Part shown: in pieces, positions 29,683 to 39,617 of the stretch
How the letters are laid out: every line of letters begins with the position of its first letter
How positions within the stretch are numbered: position 1 is the first letter of the stretch
Assembly: GCA_031272275.1 (NCBI GenBank)
Contig: JAISUC010000021.1
Coordinates: forward strand, 7,490 to 71,489
Reading direction: 5' to 3'
Source: Actinomycetes bacterium
Lineage (GTDB): Bacteria; Actinomycetota; Coriobacteriia; WRKU01; WQUG01
Length of the DNA stretch: 64,000 nt
The notes under the pieces: generated by a model
What the model was told of the DNA's origin: nothing
The model's input: only the letters and a program-made list of their open reading frames with translations
The model's database searches: none
Position numbers and translations under genes: made by a program

Positions 29683-31065
29683 ATGAACTATCTGCCGATT
29701 ACCCGGCGGCAGCAACAGCAGATGCTCGATACCATCGGCGTTTCTGATGTGTCTCAGCTGTATACCGACGTGCCGGACAGCGTATTGTTGTCCGGCGCGC
29801 CGTCTGTGGCTGGCGGCATCAGCGAGGTCGCACTGACTCGCACGCTGGACGAACTGGCCGGACAAAACGCGAATGCCGCGAACGACTACGTCTGCTTTGC
29901 AGGCGGCGGCATCTATGACCATCACCGTCCCGCTTTCATCGACCACCTGATCCGCCGACCCGAGTTCTTCACCGCCTACACCCCCTATCAGCCCGAGGTC
30001 AGCCAGGGTACGCTGCAGGCCATCTATGAATACCAGACCGGCATCTGCCTGCTGACCGGACTGGACGTCGCGAACGCCAGTATGTATGACGGCGCCACCG
30101 CCCTGGTCGAGGCCGCGTTTATGGCGACCCGCATCAAGCGCGGACGGCGCGTGGTGTTGGCATCGGCCGCACTCTCGCCCGACAAACTGCAGACGCTTGC
30201 GACCTATGCGGCATCCGACCTGATCGAGGTCCGCCACATCCCCGTCTCAAGCGGTGTGACCGATGCGGCGGCACTGGCGGACGCGCTTGCGGCAGCCGAC
30301 GGACAAGTGGCAGCCGTGCTGTTGCCCTATCCGAACTATTACGGTCTGGTCGCTGACGTGTCTGTGATGATTGCCGCGACCCACGACGCCGGCGCGCTGG
30401 CGGTGCTCGACACCAATCCCATCATGCTGGGGGTGCTGGCATCCCCGGGCAGCCTGGGCGCAGACATTGCGGTGGGTGAAGGCCAGCCGCTGGGCAACGC
30501 CATGAGTTTCGGCGGTCCGGGTCTGGGCTATTTTGCCTGCACGGCAGCCTGCATGCGCCAGATTCCGGGACGGCTGGTCGGCCGCACCCATGACGTGGAC
30601 GGCAAACGCGGCTACGTGTTGACGCTCGCCACCCGCGAACAGCACATCCGCCGCGAAAAGGCGACCTCGAACATCTGCAGCAACCACGCCCTGAACGCGC
30701 TGATCGCCGGCATGTATCTGGCGGCAACAGGCCCGGACGGCCTGCGCTCGATTGCGCTCGATTGCCTGGCGAAAGCCGACTACCTGCGCGAACAGCTGCT
30801 TGCGACCGGTCTGTTCAGCGACCCCTTTGCCACAGACGATGGCTCTGACGGATCAAGCGGGGGAGCACGTCCCCACGGCTATGAGTTCACGCTGACCTGG
30901 ACGGGGCAGACACCGCTGCGCGACCTGCACGACGAACTGTTCGCACGCGGATACCTGGCCGGTATCATCACACCGGACGGGACGGGCCTGATATTGGCGA
31001 CAACCGAAAAGCGCACGATCGCAGAAATAGACGCATTTTGTCAGGAGGTGGTCCGTTGTGCCTGA
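29683..31065 (+). CDS. gcvPA: Glycine dehydrogenase (decarboxylating) subunit 1
   Basis: The GcvPA N-terminal half of the split P protein. Confidence 0.95.
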   Translation: MNYLPITRRQQQQMLDTIGVSDVSQLYTDVPDSVLLSGAPSVAGGISEVALTRTLDELAGQNANAANDYVCFAGGGIYDHHRPAFIDHLIRRPEFFTAYTPYQPEVSQGTLQAIYEYQTGICLLTGLDVANASMYDGATALVEAAFMATRIKRGRRVVLASAALSPDKLQTLATYAASDLIEVRHIPVSSGVTDAAALADALAAADGQVAAVLLPYPNYYGLVADVSVMIAATHDAGALAVLDTNPIMLGVLASPGSLGADIAVGEGQPLGNAMSFGGPGLGYFACTAACMRQIPGRLVGRTHDVDGKRGYVLTLATREQHIRREKATSNICSNHALNALIAGMYLAATGPDGLRSIALDCLAKADYLREQLLATGLFSDPFATDDGSDGSSGGARPHGYEFTLTWTGQTPLRDLHDELFARGYLAGIITPDGTGLILATTEKRTIAEIDAFCQEVVRCA

Positions 31066-32572
31066 GCAAAACACCGTGACGATCAACCGCGGACCGCGGG
31101 AAACGATCTATGATCTGTCGGATGCCGGCAAAAGGTGTCTGTACGTGGACGCGGATCCGGCTTTGCCGGCGGTGGATCCGGTCGCGCGATTCGGGCAATA
31201 CGCCGCAGCCGAACCCCCGGCGCTGCCACAGGTCAACGAAGTCGAGATCATGCGCCATTACGCGCATTTGGCATCCATGAACTTCGGCGTTGACGTCGGC
31301 ATGTATCCCTTGGGCTCGTGCACCATGAAGTACAACCCGCGCAGCTGCGAAGACGCGGCACGTCTGGCGGGTTTTGCCGAGCTGCATCCGGCGCAGCCCG
31401 CGCAATCGGTACAGGGTGCGCTGCGTCTGATGCATGAACTGCAGACCGACCTGGGTGAAATCGCCGGTTTCCCTGCTGTGTCCTTGCAGCCCGCCGCCGG
31501 TGCCCACGGGGAATACACGGCGCTGATGGTGTTTCGTGCAGCGCACGCGGCACGTGGAAACGTGCGGCGCAAGGTCATTTTGCCTGACACGGCACACGGC
31601 ACCAATCCGGCGTCGGTTGCAATGGCGGGCTACGAAGTCGTACAGATTGCCTCGACGCCCGAGGGTCTGGTCGACTTGGACGCACTGCGTGCGGCGCTCG
31701 ATCAGGATACGGCTGCGTTCATGTTGACGAACCCGAATACCGTCGGTATCTTTGACCCGAACATCCTGGAAATCACCGCTGCGGTGCATGCGGTGGGCGC
31801 GTATGCCTATTGTGACGGTGCGAACCTGAACGCGATTTTGGGTGTCGTGCGCCCCGGGGATTTGGGATTTGACGCGCTGCATATCAACCTGCACAAGACC
31901 TTTGCCACGCCACACGGTGGGGGAGGACCCGGCGCCGGCCCGATTTGCGTCACTGCAGAGCTTTCGCCCTACCTGCCCGGGCCGCTTGTGCAACACGTGG
32001 ACTCTGCGGAGGACTCATATCAGTTGAGCTATCCCGAACAGAGCATCGGGCGTGTCCGCAGTTTCTATGGCAACTTCGGCGTCATGGTACGTGCTTGGAC
32101 CTACATCCGTGCGCTGGGAGGTCAGGGCCTGCGTGATGCCGGCCAACAGGCTGTGTTGTCCGCAAACTACCTGCGCTGTCGCCTGCAGGATGCCTACCGG
32201 GTCGCGTATGATCGCATCTGCATGCACGAGTTCGTGCTGTCGGGATCCCCATTTGCAAAGGCATACGGCGTGCACACCCTCGATATCGCCAAGCGTCTGC
32301 TGGACTACGGTTTTCATCCGCCGACCATCTATTTCCCGCTGATCGTGGACGAGGCCATGATGATCGAGCCCACCGAGACCGAGCCGATGGACGCTCTGGA
32401 CGCGTTCGCCGATGCCCTGCTGGCGATAGCCGACGAAGCCGCGCGCGATCCCGAAATGCTGCATAACGCACCGTGGACAACCCCGGTGCGCCGGCTGGAC
32501 GAGGCCGCTGCCGCACGTACTCCCGATCTGTGTTGGCAGGCACCGACTGCCGACGCGCACGGTTCACGGTAA
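31058..32572 (+). CDS. gcvPB: Glycine dehydrogenase (decarboxylating) subunit 2
   Basis: PLP-binding region ...HINLHKTF...; overlaps gcvPA by 8 nt. Confidence 0.95.
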   Translation: MPEQNTVTINRGPRETIYDLSDAGKRCLYVDADPALPAVDPVARFGQYAAAEPPALPQVNEVEIMRHYAHLASMNFGVDVGMYPLGSCTMKYNPRSCEDAARLAGFAELHPAQPAQSVQGALRLMHELQTDLGEIAGFPAVSLQPAAGAHGEYTALMVFRAAHAARGNVRRKVILPDTAHGTNPASVAMAGYEVVQIASTPEGLVDLDALRAALDQDTAAFMLTNPNTVGIFDPNILEITAAVHAVGAYAYCDGANLNAILGVVRPGDLGFDALHINLHKTFATPHGGGGPGAGPICVTAELSPYLPGPLVQHVDSAEDSYQLSYPEQSIGRVRSFYGNFGVMVRAWTYIRALGGQGLRDAGQQAVLSANYLRCRLQDAYRVAYDRICMHEFVLSGSPFAKAYGVHTLDIAKRLLDYGFHPPTIYFPLIVDEAMMIEPTETEPMDALDAFADALLAIADEAARDPEMLHNAPWTTPVRRLDEAAAARTPDLCWQAPTADAHGSR

Positions 32573-32593
32573 AACGAACACGGGGGGAGTGGG

Positions 32594-32818
32594 ATGGCGC
32601 GCAAAAAGAAGCTGTTCGTGAACCTGTTGGAACAGCGCACGATTGATTACATTGTGCGCGAGCTGGGGCAGGGGCGCGAGTTGTTCGACATTTTGGACGA
32701 CCCATTTGTGCGCAATCGCATTCCTCCCGAGCGCATGCATGCTCTGCGCGAAGACGAGGACTTGCTGGCAGCCTTCCTGGCTGAAATCGAGGCGGTTCGT
32801 GATAAGATGAAACCATGA
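32594..32818 (+). CDS. Small hypothetical protein (74 aa)
   Basis: RBS GGGGGGAGTGGG; tightly packed between gcvPB and the FHA gene, which it overlaps by 4 nt. Confidence 0.4.
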   Translation: MARKKKLFVNLLEQRTIDYIVRELGQGRELFDILDDPFVRNRIPPERMHALREDEDLLAAFLAEIEAVRDKMKP

Positions 32819-33360
32819 GCACCGAGGGAAATGCAGGGATAGAAACCGGCAGCAACGCATCGGCAAACGCGCAGGCGAACGCCGCTGCGCAAACCTGTCC
32901 GAACTGCGGTGCCGACTATCAGGGGACATCCCCGCTCTGCCCGGAATGCGTTGCGGAAACGGCGGCACCCACGACTTCGTTTGCGCCGGTGGCACCTCCT
33001 GTTGCGGCAGCCGTTGATGCTCCGGCACCGTCGGTCACCGATATCTGCCTGTGTGTGGTTAAGGGCCCGCAAATCGGTGAGTGCTTTTATCTGGAGGGCG
33101 ACGAGGTCACCATTGGACGCGACCCCGCAGCCCAGTTGTTCTTGAACGATCGTACCGTCAGTCGCGAACACGCCCGTATTGTCCGCGAACCGGGTCGTGT
33201 GATGCTGTATGACGCGGGGTCGTTGAACGGCAGTTACGTGAACGGCGTCATCGTGGATGCGACCGAATTGCACGAAGGTGACGTTATTCAAATCGGCACC
33301 TTCCAGATGGCGTTTCATACCGCAGGCAGCCACAGCGCCCGGCCCGCACCCGCCGTCTGA
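32815..33360 (+). CDS. FHA-domain protein with N-terminal C4 zinc ribbon (OdhI/GarA-like position)
   Basis: CPNCG...CPEC zinc ribbon; FHA core VTIGRDPAAQLFLNDRTVSREHARI...GSLNGSYVNG. Confidence 0.75.
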   Translation: MSTEGNAGIETGSNASANAQANAAAQTCPNCGADYQGTSPLCPECVAETAAPTTSFAPVAPPVAAAVDAPAPSVTDICLCVVKGPQIGECFYLEGDEVTIGRDPAAQLFLNDRTVSREHARIVREPGRVMLYDAGSLNGSYVNGVIVDATELHEGDVIQIGTFQMAFHTAGSHSARPAPAV

Positions 33361-33383
33361 TACAGGATGGGTGACTGTTTGCG

Positions 33384-34112
33384 ATGAGCCCGCGCGACTA
33401 TCTGACCATCGGGGAAGTCGTTCGCAAGCTACAAACCGCCGGCTACGATCTGTCGGTGTCCAAGTTGCGTTTTCTGGAGGACGAGGGGCTGGTCACGCCC
33501 GAGCGTACCGAGGGGGGCTATCGCAAGTACAGCGCCGAGGACGGTAAACGTATCGAGCTGGTCTTGAAACTGCAGAGCGAAAAGTTCTTGCCGCTATTCG
33601 AAATCAAGAAACGTCTGGAGCGTATGGATGCCGGTCACCGGGTGGCTGAAATCGACGAGGTGTTGGCGGACGCGCGCCAGGCCGATGATGCACTTGCCGA
33701 TGATGCGCTCGATTATGCGGACGATTGCGAGCACATGGCGCTGGTCGAGCTGGCACGTACCGAGCACATTCCCGAGGCCTTTGTGTTCGACCTGAAAAAA
33801 TACGGCGTGGTCGAGGTGACCGCTGACCGCAACGGTAACTATGTGGATGCAGCCGATCTGTCCTGCATCCGGGCGGCGTGGGCGCTGCGTGCAGTCGGGG
33901 TCGAGCCCCGACACCTGCGGATGTATGCGACCTTCGCCGATAAGGAATCCCTGACCTACGAGCAGTTCTTACGGCCGACCTACCGACATAAAACTCCCGA
34001 GAGCAAAAAACAGCTGGCAGATTGCCTGCGTGATATCAACCGCAACACCGATGTGTTAAAGCGCCACCTCTTACGAAAAACGCTGTCCGCCCGCCTCAAC
34101 GATTTGTTGTGA
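33384..34112 (+). CDS. MerR-family transcriptional regulator
   Basis: MerR HTH YLTIGEVVRKLQTAGYDLSVSKLRFLEDEGLVTPERTEGGYRKYS. Confidence 0.75.
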   Translation: MSPRDYLTIGEVVRKLQTAGYDLSVSKLRFLEDEGLVTPERTEGGYRKYSAEDGKRIELVLKLQSEKFLPLFEIKKRLERMDAGHRVAEIDEVLADARQADDALADDALDYADDCEHMALVELARTEHIPEAFVFDLKKYGVVEVTADRNGNYVDAADLSCIRAAWALRAVGVEPRHLRMYATFADKESLTYEQFLRPTYRHKTPESKKQLADCLRDINRNTDVLKRHLLRKTLSARLNDLL

Positions 34113-34254
34113 CAGAAATGACAGTCAACACGATACCATTGACCCGTAGGGACGTGTGTATCGTGCGCCGCCGGTTTCGACCGGTTGCGACCGTTTCGAC
34201 CGGTCCCGCCCGTTTCGATAATGTTCGGCGTCACTGATGAGAAGGGGAAGTATC

Positions 34255-34782
34255 ATGGCTCGGATTGATTACAACGACTACATTCGCGTTATCGAGGGTT
34301 GGCCCTCACCGGAAATCTCTTTCAAGGACATCACCCCGCTGTTGGCCGATGCACAGGCATTCAAACAGGCCATCGACGATATGTGTCTGCCGTTTCGCGG
34401 CATGGGCGTGACCAAGGTATTCGGAGCAGAGGCGCGCGGGTTCTTTTTCGGCACCGCTATGGCCTACACTCTGGGAGCCGGTTTCGTGCCGGCGCGTAAA
34501 AAGGGCAAGCTGCCCTACAAGACCATCGGCGAAGAATACGTGTTGGAATACGGCACGGCCGTTATCGAGGTACACGAAGACGACGTCGATTCCGGCGACA
34601 AGATTCTGATTGTCGACGATGTGCTGGCAACCGGCGGCACCGCGGCGGCAAAGGCCAATCTGGTCGAGCGCCTGGGCGCGGAACTGCTGGGATTCAGTTT
34701 CTTCATCGAGCTGGATTTCCTGCACGGTCGCGACAAGATCAAGCACCTCGGGGTACCCATCAACTCGATCATCCACGGCTAA
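34255..34782 (+). CDS. apt: Adenine phosphoribosyltransferase
   Basis: PRTase motif ILIVDDVLATGGTAAA; Apt-length protein; RBS AAGGGGAAG. Confidence 0.85.
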   Translation: MARIDYNDYIRVIEGWPSPEISFKDITPLLADAQAFKQAIDDMCLPFRGMGVTKVFGAEARGFFFGTAMAYTLGAGFVPARKKGKLPYKTIGEEYVLEYGTAVIEVHEDDVDSGDKILIVDDVLATGGTAAAKANLVERLGAELLGFSFFIELDFLHGRDKIKHLGVPINSIIHG

Positions 34783-34910
34783 ACGCACCCCGATCGTGCG
34801 CGCGTTTCGCCGAATCGCGTCTTGGCACGCAGCTCGCTTGTGATACACTGACGGTGACGACGGCGCAGACGGGGAACGTGCGCCGCACGAGCTTATAAGG
34901 AGGACGTCTT

Positions 34911-35849
34911 ATGCCCAAAATCACCGCTGCCGACGTACGGGTACCCGCCGATGTTTCGGCCGAAATGCGCGACACCTACATCTCGAATTACCTGAAAGCG
35001 ACCCGCGAAACCGGCAGGCTGATGTTGTACGCCTGCGACCAAAAAGTCGAGCACTTAAACGACGACTTTTACGGCGAAGGCATCGATCCGGCCGATGCCC
35101 GCCCACTGCACCTGTTTGAAATCGCCGACCGGGGTGTAACCGGCATTCTGGCAGGTCAGCGCGGCCTGATTGCCGCCTACGCAAATGATTTTCCGGACAT
35201 CAACTATCTGGTCAAAATGAACAGCAAGACCCACCTGGTCAAAAAGGACCAGGACGACCCCTACAGCCCGCAGCTGTACAGCCTGGACGCCGTCTTGGAG
35301 CTGGCGCAAAACGGCGTGAACGTCGTCGGCATCGGCTACACCATTTATCTGGGCAGCGAATACGAAGCCCAGATGATGGCCGAGGCCGGCGAACTGATCG
35401 CCCAGGCACATGCGGCCGGCCTCATCGTCGTGCTGTGGATTTACCCGCGCGGCAAAGCGGTGGGCGACGAAAAGGACGCGCACCTGATTGCCGGTGCCGC
35501 CGGCGCGGCGCTGTGTCTGGGTGCCGATTTCGTCAAGGTCAACCCGCCCAAAGGCGACGACGCCGCGACCTCCGCGCAAAAACTGGTCGAGGCCAGCTCG
35601 GCATCCGGCCGTTGCGGCCTGGTCTGCGCGGGCGGGTCGACGGTGGCCGCTGACGTCTTTTTGCAGCAGCTTTGGGATCAGATTCACGTGGGAGGCGCCG
35701 CGGGCAACGCGACCGGTCGCAACATCCACCAGCGCTCGCTGGACGAGGCCGCGCGTCTGACCAAGGCCATCAGCGCCATCACCTTGGGTGATTACAGCGT
35801 CGCCGACGCGCTCGCGGTCTTCAACGGCGAACAGGACTTCACGCTCTGA
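34911..35849 (+). CDS. DhnA/FbaB-type class I aldolase family protein (DeoC/LacD superfamily)
   Basis: 312 aa TIM-barrel aldolase family; the Schiff-base Lys is probably in the motif DFVKVNPPK; RBS AAGGAGGA. Confidence 0.65.
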   Translation: MPKITAADVRVPADVSAEMRDTYISNYLKATRETGRLMLYACDQKVEHLNDDFYGEGIDPADARPLHLFEIADRGVTGILAGQRGLIAAYANDFPDINYLVKMNSKTHLVKKDQDDPYSPQLYSLDAVLELAQNGVNVVGIGYTIYLGSEYEAQMMAEAGELIAQAHAAGLIVVLWIYPRGKAVGDEKDAHLIAGAAGAALCLGADFVKVNPPKGDDAATSAQKLVEASSASGRCGLVCAGGSTVAADVFLQQLWDQIHVGGAAGNATGRNIHQRSLDEAARLTKAISAITLGDYSVADALAVFNGEQDFTL

Positions 35850-35986
35850 GCTCGCACACCGAACGATACGCGCGTTTCGCTGCAATCGGCCGCGACCTGT
35901 TCATCGCAGGTCTCATCAGCAGCCACGGCGGCAACCTCAGCGAACGCGAAGGCTCGCACATCCACATCACCCGCACCGGGTCTGCA

Positions 35987-36427
35987 TTGGGCCGATTGGG
36001 GGAGCGGGATGTCGTCACCGTTCCGTTTTCCGCCGACGCGCCCGGGGCTGCCGACGCCGATGTGTCCGCATCGGTTGAGCTGGTGGTGCACCGCAGGCTC
36101 TACCGGGCGCTGCCGGACGCGCGCGCGGTGGCACACGCGCACACGCCGTATGCGACCGCGCTGTCGTTTGGAACCGACTGGATCGAGCCTGCCGACAGCG
36201 AGGCGAAACTGATTTTGGGACGGGTGCCGGTGGTGGCGTGCGAAACCACCATCGGCTCACCCGTGGCAGCCGACCTGCTCGCGGCGGCACTGGTTGACAG
36301 CGGATGCCCGGTGGCGGTTCTGCGCGGACACGGCCCCTTTGCGGCGGCAGCCGACCTGTCGGATGCTTGGCGGGCGATATCGGTGCTGGAAATGAGCTGC
36401 AAGATCCTCACGATCCTGCACCCCTAA
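35987..36427 (+). CDS. Class II aldolase/adducin-family protein (minimal ORF; homology extends upstream to 35849 with no canonical start)
   Basis: HAHTPYATAL and HGPF motifs; the upstream in-frame sequence ...RFAAIGRDLFIAGLISSHGGNLSERE is the family N-terminus but holds no ATG/GTG/TTG. Confidence 0.45.
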   Translation: MGRLGERDVVTVPFSADAPGAADADVSASVELVVHRRLYRALPDARAVAHAHTPYATALSFGTDWIEPADSEAKLILGRVPVVACETTIGSPVAADLLAAALVDSGCPVAVLRGHGPFAAAADLSDAWRAISVLEMSCKILTILHP

Positions 36428-36429
36428 TC

Positions 36430-36816
36430 TCAGCGATACGTGTCGCTGTCGAATAACTGCAGCTGAAAGCCGCCCGGATAGGTCACTTCACTTTGAACAT
36501 GCAGTCTGCTCTGTTCTTCGATGAAGCTCAAGTCAATCCCATAGCCGGACAGCACTTCGAACAGCCGCTCAATGGCCGTGGGTCGTAAGGTATGCAGCAT
36601 CATCTGCAAAACTTCCAGGCCGGGTCGTGTCAGATTATGCTCATAACGGTATATGCTCTGGACCGAAATGTCGCATCCCGTGACGTGCTTGATGGCCTTG
36701 CTGAATACCCGTGGACTGGAAAAACCGGACGCCAGTCGCGCACGTCGCAAGACCTCTCCCAAGTCTGCGTGCTTGATTTTTCCTCCTGTGGGGTTGTCTG
36801 TGCCCGGTGTGTTCAT
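36430..36816 (-). CDS. HTH (XRE-like) transcriptional regulator
   Basis: 128 aa from the Met with RBS GGGAGG; HTH LGEVLRRARLASGFSSPRVFSKAIKHVTGCDISVQSIYRYEHN. Confidence 0.6.
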   Translation of the reverse strand: MNTPGTDNPTGGKIKHADLGEVLRRARLASGFSSPRVFSKAIKHVTGCDISVQSIYRYEHNLTRPGLEVLQMMLHTLRPTAIERLFEVLSGYGIDLSFIEEQSRLHVQSEVTYPGGFQLQLFDSDTYR

Positions 36817-37003
36817 CGTACCTCCCCGATTCCTTGAAAAGATGACATGACGGCACCTGTTCTCTCGGGGGCTTCTTGTCTCGCGACCGCGATCCCGTGG
36901 ACCGAATCGCTTGACAACCAACAATTACTGCGCTCACACAAACTATCAAGTAACTTCTCTGTATACAGTATGCAAAAATCTGCGCGTCTTGTCAACGGGC
37001 AAT

Positions 37004-37037
37004 CGCGCAAAATTTCGCGAAATCGCGCGAAATTTCC
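37004..37037. promoter_or_regulatory. Cluster of perfect palindromes (ATTTCGCGAAAT, TCGCGCGA) in the divergent HTH/two-component intergenic region
   Basis: cgcgcaaaATTTCGCGAAATcgcgcgaaatttccc; candidate operator sites. Confidence 0.4.
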
Positions 37038-37149
37038 CAACACCCGGAATTTGTGACATTTATGGAAAGACGCCACAAACATTCCCGCAAATCCCGCGGC
37101 GTTGCTACACTTACATACAGGTTGCACAGTGGACTTATGAGGAGGAACG

Positions 37150-37890
37150 ATGTCTGACGTCAGGCGCATTCTGGTAGTGGAAGACGAAAAAAGCATCCGC
37201 GATGCCGTGGCGGCATATCTCGAACGCGAGGGTTACTGGGTCACCCCGGCGGCGGATGGGGAGCAAGCACTCTACCAATTCGCTTTGCACCGTTTCGATA
37301 TGGTCGTGCTGGATTTGATGCTTCCCAAAGTTTCGGGTGAACAGGTCTGCCGCGAGATTCGCGACCGCAGCGACGTTCCCATCATCATGGTCACCGCCAA
37401 AGGCGAGGTCGAAGAACGCGTCCGCGGACTCGAGCTGGGTGCAGACGACTACATGGTTAAGCCCTTCAGCCCCCGCGAACTGATTGCGCGCATCAAAGCC
37501 TTGCTGCGCCGCACCCATTCCGACGAGCTGCCGCAACGCGACCGCTTCGTGTTCGGGGACCTGACGGTTGATATCGCCGGCCACCGTGCCATCCTGAAAG
37601 GGGTCGACCTCGATTTGACCGCCAGCGAGTTCAAACTGCTCTCCACGCTCGCCCGTTATCCGGGGCGCGTGTATTCGCGCATGGAACTCATCGAAAAGGT
37701 GTTGGGTTACGACTTCGAAGGATACGAACGCACCGTCGACTCCCACATCAAGAACCTCCGCGCAAAACTGGGCGACGATCCCAAGCACCCGCGTTACATC
37801 GCAACCGTGCACGGGGTGGGCTACCGCTTCGAGCCGCAATCGGCAACGACACCGCCCCAGAGCTCCTCCTCACCCGCAGATTCGAACTGA
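37150..37890 (+). CDS. OmpR-family response regulator
   Basis: REC domain (ILVVEDE..D, DMVVLDLMLP) plus winged-helix trans_reg_C. Confidence 0.9.
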   Translation: MSDVRRILVVEDEKSIRDAVAAYLEREGYWVTPAADGEQALYQFALHRFDMVVLDLMLPKVSGEQVCREIRDRSDVPIIMVTAKGEVEERVRGLELGADDYMVKPFSPRELIARIKALLRRTHSDELPQRDRFVFGDLTVDIAGHRAILKGVDLDLTASEFKLLSTLARYPGRVYSRMELIEKVLGYDFEGYERTVDSHIKNLRAKLGDDPKHPRYIATVHGVGYRFEPQSATTPPQSSSSPADSN

Positions 37891-37952
37891 GGACCGGTGA
37901 CCTTGACCCGACCGAACGCACCCACGGATTCGCACCCGAAAGCCGCCCCTCG

Positions 37953-39401
37953 ATGAACGCACGCGCACGTACCCGACACGCCCGCCGCCGCGCCAGCATT
38001 TTCGCCTCGCGCATCGGCTTCGCGTTCGCGATTGTGGCGGCCGTGACCGCCGTTCTGGCGGGTGTCATCACCTGGTTTGTGTGGTCCTGGCAGTTCGAAA
38101 ACTACATCAAGGCGAACCTACAGGACACCGCAGACACCGTCGCCGAACACGCGAGCGAAGCATACCAAACCTACGGCGGCTGGAATTTCCTGACGCTGCC
38201 GGTCATCCCCCAAGTCGCAACCCGCGTCGACGTCGCCGTCCAGATTCTGGACCAGAACGGGCGGATCATCTATGACGATGCGACGATGCGCGCTAGCTCG
38301 GCGATGCTTTCCGGCATCGACCCGAGCCTCTTGTTGGATACCCCCATCAACCTGGACCCCGGCAAGGAATCGGTGATGTCCAGCCCCATCTACGTCGGCA
38401 ACTATCGCGTAGGCGAAGTCCGCGTCTGGGCATTCGGCTCGGGCGGATTGCTGTCGGTCCACGACCTGCAAATGCGCAACTCGTCGTTGCTGGCCTTGGG
38501 TGTCGCCGGTTTCATCGCCATTGTGACCGCCACGGCAGCAGGCGTCGCCTATGCGCGCCGCTGGGTGCGTCCCATCAACCGCATCACGCAGACCGCCCGT
38601 GCGCTGCGTGCCGGCGACGAAGACGCACGCACCGAACTGACCGGCGACGATGAAATCGCCCAGCTGGGCATGACCTTCGACAAAATGGCGGACAGCATTC
38701 AAAACGACCGCCGCCTGGAACGCCGCCTGACCAGCGACGTCGCCCACGAACTGCGCACGCCGCTCATGGGCATACAGGCCACCATCGAGGCCATCGAGGA
38801 CGGCATCTATCCGGCCGACGCCGCACACCTGCAGGTCGTCACGAACGAAACGCGGCGCCTCTCGCGTCTGACCGACGGCATCCTGATGCTTTCGCACCTG
38901 GAAAACGCCGACCCCGACACCTTCCGCAGCGATACCCTGGATGTCGCCGACATCGTGCACGCAACCGTCGACGCGCACGCCGCACTGTTCGAGGCGGCGG
39001 GGCTGCAGCTGGTCGTCAATCTGACGCCGCAGCTGTTCGTGGCGGGGGATCGCGACAAACTGCAACAGGCACTCGGAAACCTGTTGTCGAATGCGGCGCG
39101 CTATACGCCCGAGGGCGGGACGGTCACCGTACAAACCGAGCTCGACAAAACGGGGGAGTACGTTCGCACGTCGGTCGGCGATACCGGAATCGGCATCAGT
39201 GCAGGTGATATGGGTAAGCTCTTCAGTCGCTTTTGGCGGGCGGATGCGGCGCGCAGCCGCGTGACCGGCGGCATCGGAATCGGCCTGTCCATTGTCAAGG
39301 AAATCGTGGATCGGCACCGAGGAACCGTTGAAGTCGAAAGCGTCGAGGGGGAGGGGACGACCTTCACGATCGTATTGCCCCGAGTCCGGCGACCGTCCTA
39401 G
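37953..39401 (+). CDS. Sensor histidine kinase (TM-HAMP-HisKA-HATPase_c)
   Basis: H-box SDVAHELRTPL; N, G1 and G2 boxes (NLLSNAARYT, GDTGIGI, GGIGIGLSIV). Confidence 0.9.
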   Translation: MNARARTRHARRRASIFASRIGFAFAIVAAVTAVLAGVITWFVWSWQFENYIKANLQDTADTVAEHASEAYQTYGGWNFLTLPVIPQVATRVDVAVQILDQNGRIIYDDATMRASSAMLSGIDPSLLLDTPINLDPGKESVMSSPIYVGNYRVGEVRVWAFGSGGLLSVHDLQMRNSSLLALGVAGFIAIVTATAAGVAYARRWVRPINRITQTARALRAGDEDARTELTGDDEIAQLGMTFDKMADSIQNDRRLERRLTSDVAHELRTPLMGIQATIEAIEDGIYPADAAHLQVVTNETRRLSRLTDGILMLSHLENADPDTFRSDTLDVADIVHATVDAHAALFEAAGLQLVVNLTPQLFVAGDRDKLQQALGNLLSNAARYTPEGGTVTVQTELDKTGEYVRTSVGDTGIGISAGDMGKLFSRFWRADAARSRVTGGIGIGLSIVKEIVDRHRGTVEVESVEGEGTTFTIVLPRVRRPS

Positions 39402-39468
39402 GTCGTGACGCGCGCGGGGACGTACTCCCCCTGAAAACAAGCTATGGACACGCCCGGATGCGTGTTGT

Positions 39469-39497
39469 TTGACAAGCTGCAGCAATTCGACTAATCT
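39469..39497 (+). promoter_or_regulatory. Sigma70-type promoter of the str operon: TTGACA-17-TAATCT
   Basis: Consensus -35, 17-nt spacer, -10 TAATCT, about 120 nt upstream of rpsL. Confidence 0.6.
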
Positions 39498-39617
39498 AAT
39501 ACGTCGCGACTCTTTTCGGGGTCTGTACGATGCTGCGTACGAGTTGCCTCCGAAATCAAGAAAAGTGCAGGAAAACACTGCTGTGAAACCTGCGAAACCT
39601 AGTGATAGGAGTTTGTT

